Below are positions 41,205 to 54,583 of a stretch of 64,000 nucleotides of DNA, one piece after another. A model generated the notes under the pieces. It was not told where the DNA came from. It searched no databases and was given only the letters and a program-made list of their open reading frames with translations. Source of the DNA: Eledone cirrhosa (lineage: Eukaryota); NCBI GenBank assembly GCA_964016885.1, contig OZ024753.1, forward strand, positions 31,868,001 to 31,932,000, read 5' to 3'. The first letter of the stretch is position 1. Each line of letters begins with the position of its first letter. The position numbers and the translations under genes were made by a program.

Positions 41205-41586
41205 GCGATGACACATGACCGTGACCTCAGGCGTCATGTGTCATCGACTTCCCACGGATACAAGCCGAAGCTGAATTATATAGACAATATGCCCCCACCC
41301 TCTCCAACTGCAAAGAGGTCGTGGAGGTGCCATGGCAAAAATGCACCCATCCCACACTGTAAAGTGGTCATGTAGGCGCCACGGAGAAAAAGCACCCAGC
41401 ACTCACTGTAAATGAGGTTGGTGTTAGGAAGGGCATCCAGCTGTAGAAATCAAGCCAGAATCAGTTCCCATATGAGCAAGACAAGGTGAGCCGACTGGAC
41501 ACTGCCCACAACAGGACAACACGTCTAACCCATGCTAGCGTGGAGAACGGACGTAAAACGGTGGTGATGATGATGATGATGATGAT
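41205..41586 (+). mobile_element. RTE LINE 3' end/UTR
   Basis: Reverse complement of 21831-22200; (TGA)n tail. Confidence 0.85.
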
Positions 41587-41879
41587 TTGAGTTGAAGGGA
41601 CTCAAATATAGTGTGAAGGAGAGAATGTTGTATTGATATGGAATCATGCTATATAGTGATCATGGCATCTGGATAAAGAAGCACCAACAGTTCCAAGTGG
41701 AAGAGGCTTGCAATGGTGAAAGAACAAGGAAAACTTGTGCTGAATTGGTGAAGACTGATTTCTGGAGGTTGAATCTCTGAGAAGGTGACAAGTGAACACA
41801 ACAAGTGGTGAGATGCTGTTTTGGACAAGATATCTCCAACCCATTCAATCATAGAAAAACTTGGTTATACATATATGTG

Positions 41880-42100
41880 TTAATTATTTCCGTAGAAAAG
41901 GCAAAGAAAAAAGAGTGCTCTATGTATTGTACAGAGCTATTTAATTACATAATAAACAACACAACATAATTATTCCATTACCAAAGTTTCAGGAGATTAG
42001 ACGATCTGATGAATGAGCTAGACGTTTCTGTAAGGATCATCTAGTTTCCTGAAACCTTTGGTAATGAAATAATTATATTGTGTTGTTTATTATGTAATTA
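41880..42100. mobile_element. Fold-back element with hammerhead-like core
   Basis: Arms ~41942-42001 / 42040-42100; CTGATGA at 42006 and GAAACCTTTGGTA at 42051. Confidence 0.55.
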
Positions 42101-42113
42101 TATATATATATAT

Positions 42114-42490
42114 CATCATCATCATCATCACCGTTTTACGTCCGTTCTTCCACGCTAGCATGGGTTAGACGGGTTGTCCTGTTGTGGGCAGTGTCTGGTC
42201 GGCTGACCTTGCCTTGCTCATACAGGAACTGATCTGGCTTGATTTCTACAGCTGGATGCCCTTCCTAACACCAACCTCATTTACAGTGAGTGCTGGGTGC
42301 TTTTTCGTGGCGCCTACACGTCCACTTTACAGTGTGGGCTGGGTGCTTTTTTTGCCGTGGCACCTCCATGACCACCTTGCGGTGGGGGGAGTGGGGGCAT
42401 ATTGTTTATATGCTTCAGCATGTACCCATGGGAGGTCGGGTACCCTGTATTACTGCGTGACGCCAGAAGTCACGGTCGTGTGTCATTGTC
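42114..42490 (-). mobile_element. RTE LINE 3' end/UTR
   Basis: Highly similar to 21831-22200; flanked by (TA)n on both sides. Confidence 0.88.
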
Positions 42491-42491
42491 T

Positions 42492-42552
<61 letters not shown>

Positions 42553-42621
42553 AATGAAGTAATTCCGTCGGAAAAGTCCAGGAAAAAAGAGTGCTCTATG
42601 TAGGTAACTCTATGTAGGTAA

Positions 42622-42668
<47 letters not shown>

Positions 42669-42879
42669 CTAGGGATTGTAACATTCAGTTGCTGTAGGTT
42701 CACCACAACAGAGGTCCAACAAGCTTTTGATTCCAGAGCCAGGCTAGATCGATACAGATCGAACCTGATCAATAACGAAACGAGCGTCACTGCTCAATAT
42801 ATGTAATGAAGACATAACAAATCATCCTTTTTATTATTATTATTATACATATATATCTACATATATATATACATATATA

Positions 42880-42924
<45 letters not shown>

Positions 42925-43164
42925 TACATATATAATATATATACATATATATATATATTCTTTTGTTATTTTATGCTGTAAAATGGAGGGGTAGAGAGGG
43001 TTTATGAGTCCAGTAAGACATCCTCTCTAGTGCTGGTGGCACGAATAAAAGCACCCAGTCCATGCTGTAAAGTGGCACTAGTGTTAGGTAGGGCATCCAA
43101 CCGGTGTATCAATGTTAAAACAATTATGAGCACAGCAACAAATATATATAGGAACAACAAAAAT

Positions 43165-45016
43165 ATGAAGACGTTGCATCTCAGAGTTGCAACACAATGT
43201 TGGCACTCTCACAGGTAGATCTTCTGAAATAGCGGAGATGCTGGAGAGAAGGCATGTGGATGTGTGCTGCGTGCAAGAGGTGAGATGGAGAGGTGCCTCT
43301 GTGAGACTAATTGCAGGCAAACAACTTAGTTATAAGCTTTTCTGGGTAGGTAAGGATGATGGGTTAAGGGGAGTAGGCATTTTCCTGGCTGAGAGATGGA
43401 TCAATAAGACAATAGGGGTAGTTCGAGTTAATAATCGAATAATTAAGCTTGTCATACCCAAAGACTGGTGCAGCAGTATTCTCATAAATTGCTATAAAGG
43501 TAAAGGTGATGCTCTGGAGAGGAGCAATTATAGGGGTATAAAACTGATGGATCAGGTTATGAAAGTGGCAGAAAGGATATTAGCACAACTAATTAGAGAA
43601 AGGGTCAAACTAGATGAGATACAGTTTGGTTTTGTGCCTGGGAAAAGTACAACAGATGCCCTCTTCTTAGTGAGATAATTACAAGAGAGGTTCTTAGAGA
43701 AGAATAAGCCACTATACTTAGCCTTTGTTGACCTAGAGAAGGCCTTTGATAGGGTACCCCGATCTGTCATGTGGTGGTCCCTAAGGAAACTAGGTGTTGA
43801 GGAATGGCTTGTGAGGACAGCGCAAACTTTGTACAGAGGTGCTGTCAGTAAAGTCAGGGTAGGAATGGAGTTTAGTGAGGAATTCCAGATACAAGAAGGT
43901 GTACATCAAGGTTCGGTCCTCAGCCCACTCTTGTTCATTATAGTCCTCCAAGCCATAACAGAGTAGTTTAAGAGTGGCTATCCATGGGAACCTCTCTATG
44001 CTGACGAATCAGAAGAGGAGCTAGAGAATCAGCAGAGGAGCTGACGAATCAGAAGAGGAGCTAGAGAATAAATTCTGGCTATGGAAACAGCAGTTGGAAG
44101 CAAGAGGACTGAGAGTGAATCTAGCTAAGACAAAAGTGTTGATGAGTAGAAAAGAGGACAAAACCCTAATTCCGTCAGGGAAATGGCCATGTTCGACATG
44201 CAGAAAAGGAACTGGCATAAATTCTATAAAATGCACACAATGCAAATCCTGGGTACTCAAGAGATGTAGTGGGATAGCAGGCAAACTAACAGGTAGGAGA
44301 AATATGTATGCAGTAGATGTACAGGGAAATTAGACAGTAGAAGTTGCATTGATAGACACATTTTTCAAATGCAGATGGGTGCTATAGAAGTGGTTGATAG
44401 CTTCTGGTACCTAGGAGATCAGATTAGCATGGGAGGGGGTGTTCCGAGGCCATAGTATCTAGAATAAGGACGGGTTGGAAGAAGTTTAGGGAGCTGCTTC
44501 CTCTGCTGACAAAGAAGGGTTTCTCCCTGCGTATGAAAGGCCGGTTATATGATGTCTGTGTGAGGAGCATGATGCTCCATGGTAGAGAGACTTGGGCAGC
44601 AACTGCAGAGGATATGCGACAGCTGGAGAGAAATGAGGCAAGCATGCTCCGTTGGATGTGCAATGTCAATGTGCGTCACGACCCAGCATGGATGTGTTGA
44701 GAGAGAAACTGTGTCTGAGAGGGATAGAATGTAGTGTGCGAGAGAGGAGACTGAGGTGGTATGGACATGTGATGCGCATGGAGGATGACCGATGGGTGAA
44801 GAAGTGCCAGGAAATACCAGTTGAAGGAAGACGTCGTAGAGGTAGACCACGAAAAACATGGGCGGAGGTGGTGAGAACAGACCTCCGATCACTGAAGCTC
44901 ACGGTGGAGATGACGAAGGACCGTGACAAATGGAGAGATGCTGTGCTGAATAAGACCCGTCCCACCCTTGCAAGCAGGGAAAAGCGGACGTAAAATGATG
45001 ATGATGATGATGATGA
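43165..45016 (+). mobile_element. RTE-clade LINE, internally deleted pseudo-ORF (AP endonuclease start plus RT), antisense in a gene B intron
   Basis: NVGTLTGR..VCCVQEVRWRG (APE), NYRGIKLM, QFGFVPGKSTTDA, FVDLEKAFD, GVHQGSVLSPLLF, LYAD, RLRWYGHVMR, GRPRKTW; stops and frameshifts; (TGA)n tail. Confidence 0.95.
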
Positions 45017-45082
45017 TATATACATATATATATATACATATATACATATATATATATATATGAAAGAGAAATGTATACATAC

Positions 45083-45257
45083 CTGAGTGTATGCCTATTC
45101 TAAGCTTGAGTTGGTCATTCGGTCGATGTTTAATACGGAATGTTTTAACCACCTTCAACAAGGCAAGAGACATCCTGGCTATTTCTCGACAGTGGCGGCT
45201 ACCATTCATTATAGGGACTCCAGATACAACCATATATGCATCACCAATGGTTTCCAC
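45083..45257 (-). CDS. Receptor guanylyl cyclase gene B, 175-nt exon
   Basis: tgtag| and |gtatgt; [58 protein letters not shown](G), with the GTP-specifying Glu and a metal-binding Asp. Confidence 0.97.
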
Positions 45258-45709
45258 CTACAGAGGAAAAGAGAGAAATACACACACAGTGATATAATTT
45301 AGCATCCATTTTCTCTGCTAGCAAGTGTTGGTCGGGATTTCACTGAACAACTCAGTTCTTAAGCAGAGCTACTGATCACACAAGTAGGCCGGGGGTCTGC
45401 ATCTTGCTTACATAAGATTCCATGATTGGCTGGGTGTATTTTATCATGACACCAGCACTAGGAAGGTTATCGTATCTTTGATACAGCTGAAGAGTACTCC
45501 TGGCCCATTATTTGATAGGTTTTCTATAGCTGAATGCATTTCTTTTTATCAACCACTTTACAGAGTATATCGAATGTGTTTATTATGTAGATCACCAACA
45601 CCTGGGAGGTTGTCATGATTTGATATAACTGAAGAGTTCTTGCAACTGTTTGTTTAGCATCTTTCTATGGCTGGATGCTCTTCCTATCACCAATCCCTTT
45701 TCAGGTATA

Positions 45710-46085
45710 CACAGTTGTGCCCCCATATTTGTGCGGGTTACATTCCTAGAGCAACCACAAAGAATGAAAAACCACGAATATTCGATGTGGTCCATAAAAA
45801 TGCCTATAAACGTCAAAATATAATGTAAAATATAATAAAAAGGGGGCGTCCAATAGGCCAGCAAATATGGTATATTGTTATTTATAATTTAGTATTAAAA
45901 AAATATATATTGCCACGAAAAAAAAAGCCATTAAAAATTGTGGTAGATATTTACAATTCCGCGAATATGTGTTGGTTTCCACAAAGAGTTATTAGTTAGG
46001 TTCTAAGGAAAATTCTGTGAATAACCAGGACCATAAATGACAGGACTGCGAATGCCGTGATCGCAAAAGCTGGGGGTACATTGTA
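45710..46085. mobile_element. Probable Tc1/mariner-pogo-type MITE
   Basis: Imperfect terminal inverted repeats cagttgtgccccca...tgggggtacattg with TA nearby. Confidence 0.45.
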
Positions 46086-46121
46086 TATGAAAAAATTATA
46101 CATATATTCAGTAAATCTTAC

Positions 46122-46190
46122 CTTATATACATCGTAATTTTCTATTATTGCGTCAAATGCCGTGTAAAGATCATTTAGGAGGTCAACAAC
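46122..46190 (-). CDS. Receptor guanylyl cyclase gene B, 69-nt exon
   Basis: ttcag| and |gtaag; [23 protein letters not shown]. Confidence 0.96.
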
Positions 46191-46434
46191 CTGAAAATAT
46201 ATAAATGGGATGTCGGTTGTTTGTTATCTTCTACATAATCATCATCATCACTACCACCATTGTTAAATGCATCATCACCACCATTGCCACCATTATCACT
46301 GCTACTAACACCATCATCCCCACCATTCTCACCTTCATTCCCACCCCTGGTGCATTTATTGTATAGATCACCAACACTAGTAGCAATAATAAAATTGTCT
46401 GTTTAAACCTTCAATCTGTGTGTATGTGTATATC

Positions 46435-47352
46435 TCCTTCAACTGCCCAGATGGTTCTATAGAAATAGTAGACGCTTTCCGTTACCTGGGTAACAAATCA
46501 GCAGTGGAGGTGGGTGCTCTGAAAGTGTAGTACCCAGAGTTAGAACAGGAGGGAAAAAGTTCAGAGAGCTAATACTGCTGTTGGCCACAAGGGGTTTTTC
46601 TCTAAAAATGAAAGGCAGATTGTATGTTGCATGTATATGAACAGCGATATTACATGGTAGTGAGACTTGGGCATTGTGTGCTGAAGACCTGCATAGATTA
46701 GAAAGAAATGAAGCTTGTATGCTCCGATGGATGTGTAATAGTAACATGCGCAAAAGGCATGAACGAACTAAGAGGGAGACTAAGCATAAGAGGTATCAAA
46801 TGTTGTGTTCTGGAGAGGAGATTGTGTTGGTATGGACATGTGATGCGTATGAAGGACGACAACTGTATAAAAAAGTGCAGGGTAATGGAAATTGATGGAA
46901 GCTGTGGATGAGGTGATAAAAACTGCCCTTGCCCACCTACACCTCTCTAAGACAATGACACTGGATCGAGACTTTTGGTGCCATGCAGTTGTACAGAAGA
47001 CCCGACTGCCATTGCATACAAACCTACAGTCAGTAGGCACCTCTTAACTCAATGTACACCCCACCGCCACACCCGACCCCATCCTCCCTCTCCCGTTCCG
47101 TCCACTGTGTCGATGACACAACAGTCCACACTGTAAAGTGGCCGTGTTGGAGAGACAGCGAAAAGGCTCCCAGTACACACTCTAAATGTGGTTGGTGTTA
47201 GGAAGGGCTTCCAGCTATAAAAAAATCCTGCCAGAGACGCTTCCGTGTAAGCGAGGCATGGTCTCCCAACCAGTTCCGCATCAAGTGGAACAAAACCGTA
47301 TAAGCCATGCTAGCGTTGAAGATGGACATTAAACGATGATGATGATGATGAT
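46435..47352 (+). mobile_element. RTE LINE 3' fragment
   Basis: GSETWALCAEDLHRLERNEACMLRW, RLCWYGHVMR; UTR and (TGA)n tail. Confidence 0.9.
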
Positions 47353-48006
47353 ATATATAAGTTTGTGCTGTGACGGTGATGAATTTATTTTGCAAGGTTT
47401 TTGATATGAAATTGTATAAGAATAAGTAAACATTACAATACAATGGGAGGAAACATAATAGTATTACTGATGATGTCACAGGTGTGTGATGAAAGAACTC
47501 TGAGCGTGTATATATATATATATATATATATATAAATGATAAATCTTGATTGCCAGCTAAATTAACTATAGGTATATAAAATATACGGAAGTGAAAACCA
47601 ACCCAAAACAAACAGTGAGTGTGTTTTATAATATATTTCTGGCAATATAATAACAATATGACCCTCCCCAAATATAACAATATAAGTATGTGTGTGTGTA
47701 TCAAGCTTAGAATTGGTACACTGTATCTAAAAAGTAACTAATATAGTTGGTATCCGGAAGGGCATACATTGCCTCGAAAAGTCTCATCCAACTCATGCCA
47801 ACATGGAAAAGTTGATGTAAAAACGATGAAGATGTATAAATATAAATGTATAAAAGTATGAATATACTAATATATATATATATATATATGTCTAAAATAT
47901 ATAGATAAATATATATATATATGTATATATATATATTCATATATATATATATATTCATATATACATACATACACATATATATATTCATATTTATATATAT
48001 ATATAT

Positions 48007-48237
48007 AACGAAGGAAATGTGGTAAGGAACCAAGTGGACCATAACGCACCAAAGTACTCAATACTTAGGGTAATAGAGTGGGTAATAGGAACGAGTAGGA
48101 CCCCCGACGCCTGAGCTCAAGCCGTTTCGACGGCTAATTCTGGACTAAAAAAAAAAAAATATATTTTTTTTTTTTTTTTTAGTCCAGAATTAGCCGCCGA
48201 AACGGCTTGAGCTCAGGCGTCGGGGGTCCTACTCGTT

Positions 48238-48241
<4 letters not shown>
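48007..48241 (-). mobile_element. Fold-back mini-element family 1, copy 3
   Basis: Near-perfect palindrome 48086-48241 centred on an A-run/T-run. Confidence 0.72.
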
Positions 48242-48296
<55 letters not shown>

Positions 48297-48307
48297 ATTT
48301 ATATTTA

Positions 48308-48432
<125 letters not shown>

Positions 48433-48467
48433 ATATATATATTCATATTTATATATATATATATTCA

Positions 48468-48505
<38 letters not shown>

Positions 48506-48540
48506 TATTTATATATATATATTCATATTTATATATATAT

Positions 48541-49864
48541 CATCATCATCAACGTTTAACGTCCGTGTTCCACGCTTGCATGGGTTTGGACGGGGGTATT
48601 CCCACTTGAGGCAAGAGTGATTGTCTTGCTCACATAGGACTGTCTGGCAGGTTTTCTACAGTTGGATGCCCTTCCTAACACCAACCACATTTACAGTGTG
48701 GGTCTGGGAGGTTTTTACCGTGTTGCCTACACGGCCACATTACAGCGTGGACTGTGTGTTTTTTTGTCGTGACACCTACACGATCTCATTTGTTTCAGCC
48801 TGAATGGTGTGGCACCAACATAACTCTACATAGGAGGGGGGGGGGGGATGGGGGGGGGGTGTATTTTGTTAGAGATGCCTACTGGCTGTAGTAGGTTTTA
48901 CTATGTATTTAGGTAAGGCGGGTCTTCTCTATTACTGAGTACCGCCAAAGGTCTCGGTCCAGTGACATTGTCTTGGAGAGGTGTAAGTGTGTGAGGTCGG
49001 AGTTTATCAGCTCATCCCAGGATTTTCTAGGTCTGCCTATTCCGTGGCTACCGTCTATCTTTATTGCCCTGCACTTTGTTATACAGCTATCAACTTTCAT
49101 GCGCATCACGTGTCCATACCAACGTAGCCTTCTCTCGAGTAAACAACATCTGATCCCTCTTATTTCTAATTTTTTCCTTAGTTCGTTTATGCTTTGCCGT
49201 TCACGTATATTACTATTACACATCCAGTGGAGCATGCAAGCTTCGTTCCTCTCTAGTCTGCGTATATCCTCTGCACACAATGCCCAGGTCTCACTGCCAT
49301 GCAACATTGCTGTTCGTATGCAGGCATCATACAACCTGCCTTTCATTTTTAGGGAGAACCCTTTAGCGGCTAATAGTGGTATAAGCTATCTGAACTTTTT
49401 CCATCCAGTTTTGACTCTAGCTACTGTACTTTCAGAGCACCCTCCCCCACTGCTGATTTTGTCACCCAGGTAACAGAAGCTGTCCACTATTTCTATAGAG
49501 CCCTCTGCGCAGTTGAAGGAGCTAGTATTTTGTGGGCACTTGCTGCTACTTATTGCACCAGAGCACCGCCCACATGTAAAATCTATGTTCTTAGTTAGCT
49601 TACCTGTGATCCCACTACATCTTTTATGCACCCATACTTTGCATTTGGGACATAAAATGGAGTTTCTACCTACGCCTTTCCTACACACTGAGCATGGCCA
49701 TTTTCCGGAAGGGACCGCCGCCTTATTTTCTTTCCTACAAACTAGAACTTTAGTCTTAGCCAGGTTAATTTTAAGGCCTTTTGATTCTAGGCCGTGCTTC
49801 CATGTTTGGAATTTCTTCTCTAGCTCGGCCATTGATTCAGCTATGAGTGTCAGGTCGTCTGCGT
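48541..49864 (-). mobile_element. RTE LINE, 5'-truncated at the YADD motif
   Basis: YADDLTLIAES...WPCSVCRKGVGRNSILCPKCKVWVHKRC...GSETW...RLRWYGHVMR; UTR and (TGA)n tail. Confidence 0.94.
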
Positions 49865-49905
49865 ATATATTCATATTTATATATATATATATATATATTC
49901 ATATT

Positions 49906-49938
<33 letters not shown>

Positions 49939-50535
49939 ATATATATATTCATATTTATATATATATATATATATAAGCTAAATCTGATTTCCTTTGTAAC
50001 CATTACTGCAATTCTGCCTGTATCATATAGCTATTCCTATATCCTGTTCAATTAAAGATATTCTCTCATGATGACAAAATGTACTCCTATTGAATAGTGT
50101 CCTACCTACATTGTTAGACATTTCTACTACCAGACTATGGCACCAACAACATCAATGCCACACTGATCTGAACTAATTACATTAACTTTTTACAGAAGCA
50201 CAATAATATAGAATTCAACAACAAATACATATATTTCCTTCTTTATTCTATATCTACTTTTAGTCTCATTGGACTATGGCCATGCTGGAGCACTGCTTTA
50301 AAGGAACTTTATATTCTATCCACCCCAATATCTCGTCTGGTACTTATTTTTCTTGTATCGCTTTTTTCTGAAGCACTAAATTATGTGATAACCAGTAATT
50401 CTATAAGGTTTTTTACTAAGTTTTTTTTTTTTAATAATTATTGTGAAATATCTAGTCTACAAAATTAACTTCTGTCAGTTTTGACAATGAAGTGTTACAG
50501 CTGTTCAATCAATGGGACAGCCTGCCCTTGAAATT

Positions 50536-50723
50536 AATTGTTTCTACTTTAGGCACAAGGCCAGCAATTACCCAGTGCATTACTGGTACTTTATTTTATC
50601 GACCCCATAAGGATGAAAGGCAAAGTCAACCTCGGCGGGATTTGAACTCAGATCGTAAAGGGACGTAACTATGCTGGAAAGCATGGCGTCCGACCCTCTA
50701 CCGATACTGCCAATCCACCGCCC
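50536..50723 (-). mobile_element. tRNA-derived SINE with target-site duplication
   Basis: Same family as 29670-29857; gcccttgaaattaat occurs at both 50524 and 50720. Confidence 0.9.
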
Positions 50724-50924
50724 TTGAAATTAATGTGGGACAACAACAACTGTTTTGTGTTGTCCCACATTGTGTTGTATTTACTATGTGTTGTTGATTA
50801 GCTAAAGTTATCAATTGTGCAGCAGTTGAACTTCTGGACACCTAGTGTAGTGTTTACATTTTAGATTTCTAGACAGGTTTGCTTGAATGATGACAAGTAG
50901 CTCATCAAAGACAATCAAATATAA

Positions 50925-51345
50925 TTAGTTACTTGGTGAGGTGAGTCTATCGATACAGATGAGGAGAAAGGTGAATGGCAAAGATGATAACAAAATCTTA
51001 TTAGATACCTGGTGAGCAGTGACCCTTGTAGACATAAATGATAACAATATTTATTAGTTACTTGACACCTGCACATAAAGTTAATCAGTTACCTGGTCAG
51101 ATGTGCTCTCTTCTGATGTAGATGATAAATATTATGCCATAGGTGATTACAAAATGTAATGAGTTACCTGGTGAAGTGTTTTTTTCTGCTGGTATAGATG
51201 AGAATATAGCATGTTATTTACCTGGTGAGGTGTACTCTCTACTGATATAGATGACATTATAACATATTTACCTGGTGAGGTGTACTCTCTACTGATATAG
51301 TTGACATTATAACATGTTTACCTGGTGAGGAGTGCTCTCTGCTGA
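50925..51345 (-). repeat. Tandem array of duplicated exon-end plus splice donor (50-bp unit, decaying with distance)
   Basis: CACCAG|GTAA-type units with donor G at 51321 (true), 51271, 51221, 51167, 51092, 51008 and 50932. Confidence 0.85.
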
Positions 51346-51445
51346 CAAAGCTGTGAAACCACAGATGTCACTGAAGTAAATTGATACACTTTCATAAGAT
51401 TTAGCTGTCACTGCTTCCCCTTTGATGAGTTGAGTGGCAACATAC
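51322..51445 (-). CDS. Receptor guanylyl cyclase gene B, 124-nt exon (start of catalytic domain)
   Basis: atag| and |gtaaac; (K)[41 protein letters not shown], with the FSDI metal-binding Asp. Confidence 0.96.
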
Positions 51446-54400
51446 CTATATGTGATAGAGTAGAAGGAAGAGACAGGCAATTAAATAATAATGGTCATGT
51501 TAAAAACTGTTAGGGAGAGAGAGTGGGTGGAATAGTGTGAATAATAGATTCTACCATTCCACCATTCTCATATTTTACATTAGAATTCCGTAAAATTGTT
51601 CACATTCTGATTTGACAACACAAGATCATGGCTGCCTTGAGGCTAATGAGACAACTAGTTTGAAGCTAAGATACTTCAGTTATGAAACTCTTATCATCTC
51701 TCTAGAGGTTTTAACCTCAACAATCATGTAAGACTGAAAAGATTCATTGTTTCCTTATTCTAAATGGTGAGAAGAATCAATGAATGTATGTTGGTTTTTT
51801 TTCCTGGTTTAGAAATAGTATATCTAGCAAATTGTATTGATATTCCTTGTTGGAATTTAATGTTAAGCATCAGTGGATATTCAGCTATTTTTCAATATTA
51901 ACCATTCTGATACCAAACTGCCAGAACTGGTTCTATAATACAAAACTGTTTGTTTAAAAGTGTCCATATTTAAATTTATCCATTCCATCATAATTTTATG
52001 TTAAGATTATCTGCAGTCAGCTAAAAGAGAAAGTAGACAACAGAGAATGGTAAATAATACAAAAACTTTAAATTACATCTCACATGATGTAAAAGAAAGA
52101 CAGATTAGTAAATTTAGTGGAAGGATAAAGTTGATTAAATCAACCCTAGTACTTGACTAGCACATTTTATTATCGGCCCCGAAGGAGGAAAGGCATAGTT
52201 GACCTTGGTGAGATTTGAACTCAAAAGGTAAAGAGCCAGAACAAATACTGCAACAGTATTTTATCCGATGGTCTACCAATTCTGCCAATCCACCAGACCA
52301 GCAAATATTGAGTACACTATACATGAGGTGGAGAAAATACATAACAGCTTTTGAGAAAAAACTGAGATTGAGAGATTGTCAAGCCTCATTTTCTGTGCCT
52401 CTAAGATGGCAGTAAATGAGAGAGGATGTTTTCCACAAACAAGAGATCTCATCCAAATTTCTGTAACAAAGTGGGCTCTGCTAGAGACAGACCAAAGGGC
52501 TAGCTGTCGGAGATATTCAATTGGATTATAGCTACCTTTATATTATAAAAAGAAACTATCAAATATCATGGCTGGCTGTTATTTTTGTTTAGCCCCAAGT
52601 CAGTCCTGATCCAAATTTGGCCTTCCTGTTTTTGTGGGGACACAGCACATGTACGACCACATTGTTCAAGATGGTAAGGAGATTTGATTGCCATTTCTAG
52701 CAGATTGAATGACCACATAGAGGCTCCCTCATTGTCTCGAATGGCTGATGATACTGAGTAGGAAATCAGAAAAATCAATCAATAAAATCCTTAGTCATCA
52801 GATTTTATTAACAGCAACCATTAAATTATTCAGTAGAGCTTTGATCCTGTGATTTTTTTTTTTTTTTTGCTAGTAACAAAATTATTTATCAATAATTCAA
52901 TCATTGACTGTCATGGCTTTACATTTATTGCAGTCAAATTACGATAGAGATTGTTATGGGTTTAATTGATTGGTTTTACAACTCACACCTATGTAGCTTT
53001 AGTTCATCTCCTATGAAGCTGCATCTCATAAAAGGGTTTGGGCAGTGTTTTAATGATAGGGGCTATCATTTTAGTCATAGTTCGATAGTAGTCAATTATA
53101 GGATTTAGCAAAATAACTAACTTTGTCATTTTTACGCTGGTGTTTGAAATATAACTTAATATTTTCTTACATAAAATTATGGTGGAATGTTTAAATTTAA
53201 ATATGAACACTTTAAAACAAACTGCTTTGTAACATAGAACCAATTGTAGTTTCAAATGGTTAGGTATTAGTTCATTCAGCTGAAAATTAACACCAACAGC
53301 AATAATAGTTGGTGTTAATTTTGCAATAGACTGGCATCCTTTCTAAAGGAGGTGTCTTGTGCTCTTAGTCACTTAACACCACATGAAACTGGAGTAATCT
53401 CAGGTCTTCATGCAAATCATGTCAGTATGATGAAACCAATGAAAAGAAATGTTATTTTGTATATGTGGCTGTATTATAGCATCTTGAGCTAATATTACTT
53501 GCAGGAATATATTAACCAATTTCATTAGAGACTATATGGCACCACCTAAATATTGAGCAAGTAAAAGAACTAGAGCTGAAGAGAGAGTGAAATTGATATA
53601 CTTTGATAACATATTTCTTCAGATCTATTACAAATTCCTCATGAATATATCAACAAAATTCACAGAGTTGTTACTACTGTTTGAAGAATTCTTCACTGAG
53701 TAAAGACTGCTTATTCTAAATAGTTTTGGTATGATATTGATTGCACCAGTATTACATATTAAATATTTGCTATTGATCTAACCAATATTAAATACTCGAC
53801 CTTATTTCTCTTGAAAAAATAAAAAGATAGGAAAACAAATAAATAAAACTGAAAATTATTGACTTGGTGTTCCAGTTCAATCAGAAATCCGGTTAAATAT
53901 GTTGATTGCAGTAACTATCCAAAAGTCCATCAATCAAGTTAACGAGAACTTTAATCATCTTTTTAGATTCAATAATATTTGCATACAAGGTTTTTGGCAT
54001 TTAATTTTTTTTTTTTATTAGAAAAGAGCAAATCCTTTCACCAATGAATAACATTATCTTGCTTAAGAATTAGTTGGTCTTTATTTCAAGAGAAACCATT
54101 GGTTCTATCTATGAGCTATTTAACAATCAGGTCAAGCACTGCACTACTTTCACTTTTATTATCAGATGAATATTGGAGCAAATATATGTAACATTTTGAA
54201 AGTTAAATTTGTGCTAGGAAAATCAGACCACATTCGCTTACTGAGTGGGGTGGAACTCGTTAAATCAAACCAAGGAAAAATGTTTCCTTTGATCTTTCTA
54301 TTGCTGATACTATGTACCGGTCACAACTCCTGTCAGGAAAAGAAACATGAAATAAATTGTCTTTGTTCAAGGACTTAATTCATCACCTGGTCCAGGAATC

Positions 54401-54583
54401 AAACTTGCAACCTCACAATTGTGAATACAATTTCATAACCTCTAAGCCACACACCTTCACAATACAGTAATAACCAAAAAATGAAACAAAATAATATATA
54501 TATATGTGTATATATGTGTGTGTATATATATATACTAATAGCCAATAAAAAAGCATATACAAACACAGAAGCTATCTACTTAC

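Noticed and set aside
42770-42795. Hammerhead ribozyme (CGAAACGAGCGTC)
   Set aside because: Only the 3' half is present; no CUGAnGA or stem I partner upstream.
44889-45082. C-terminal extension of the 122-aa ORF past GIHSG
   Set aside because: Read-through into the intron after the donor at 45082.
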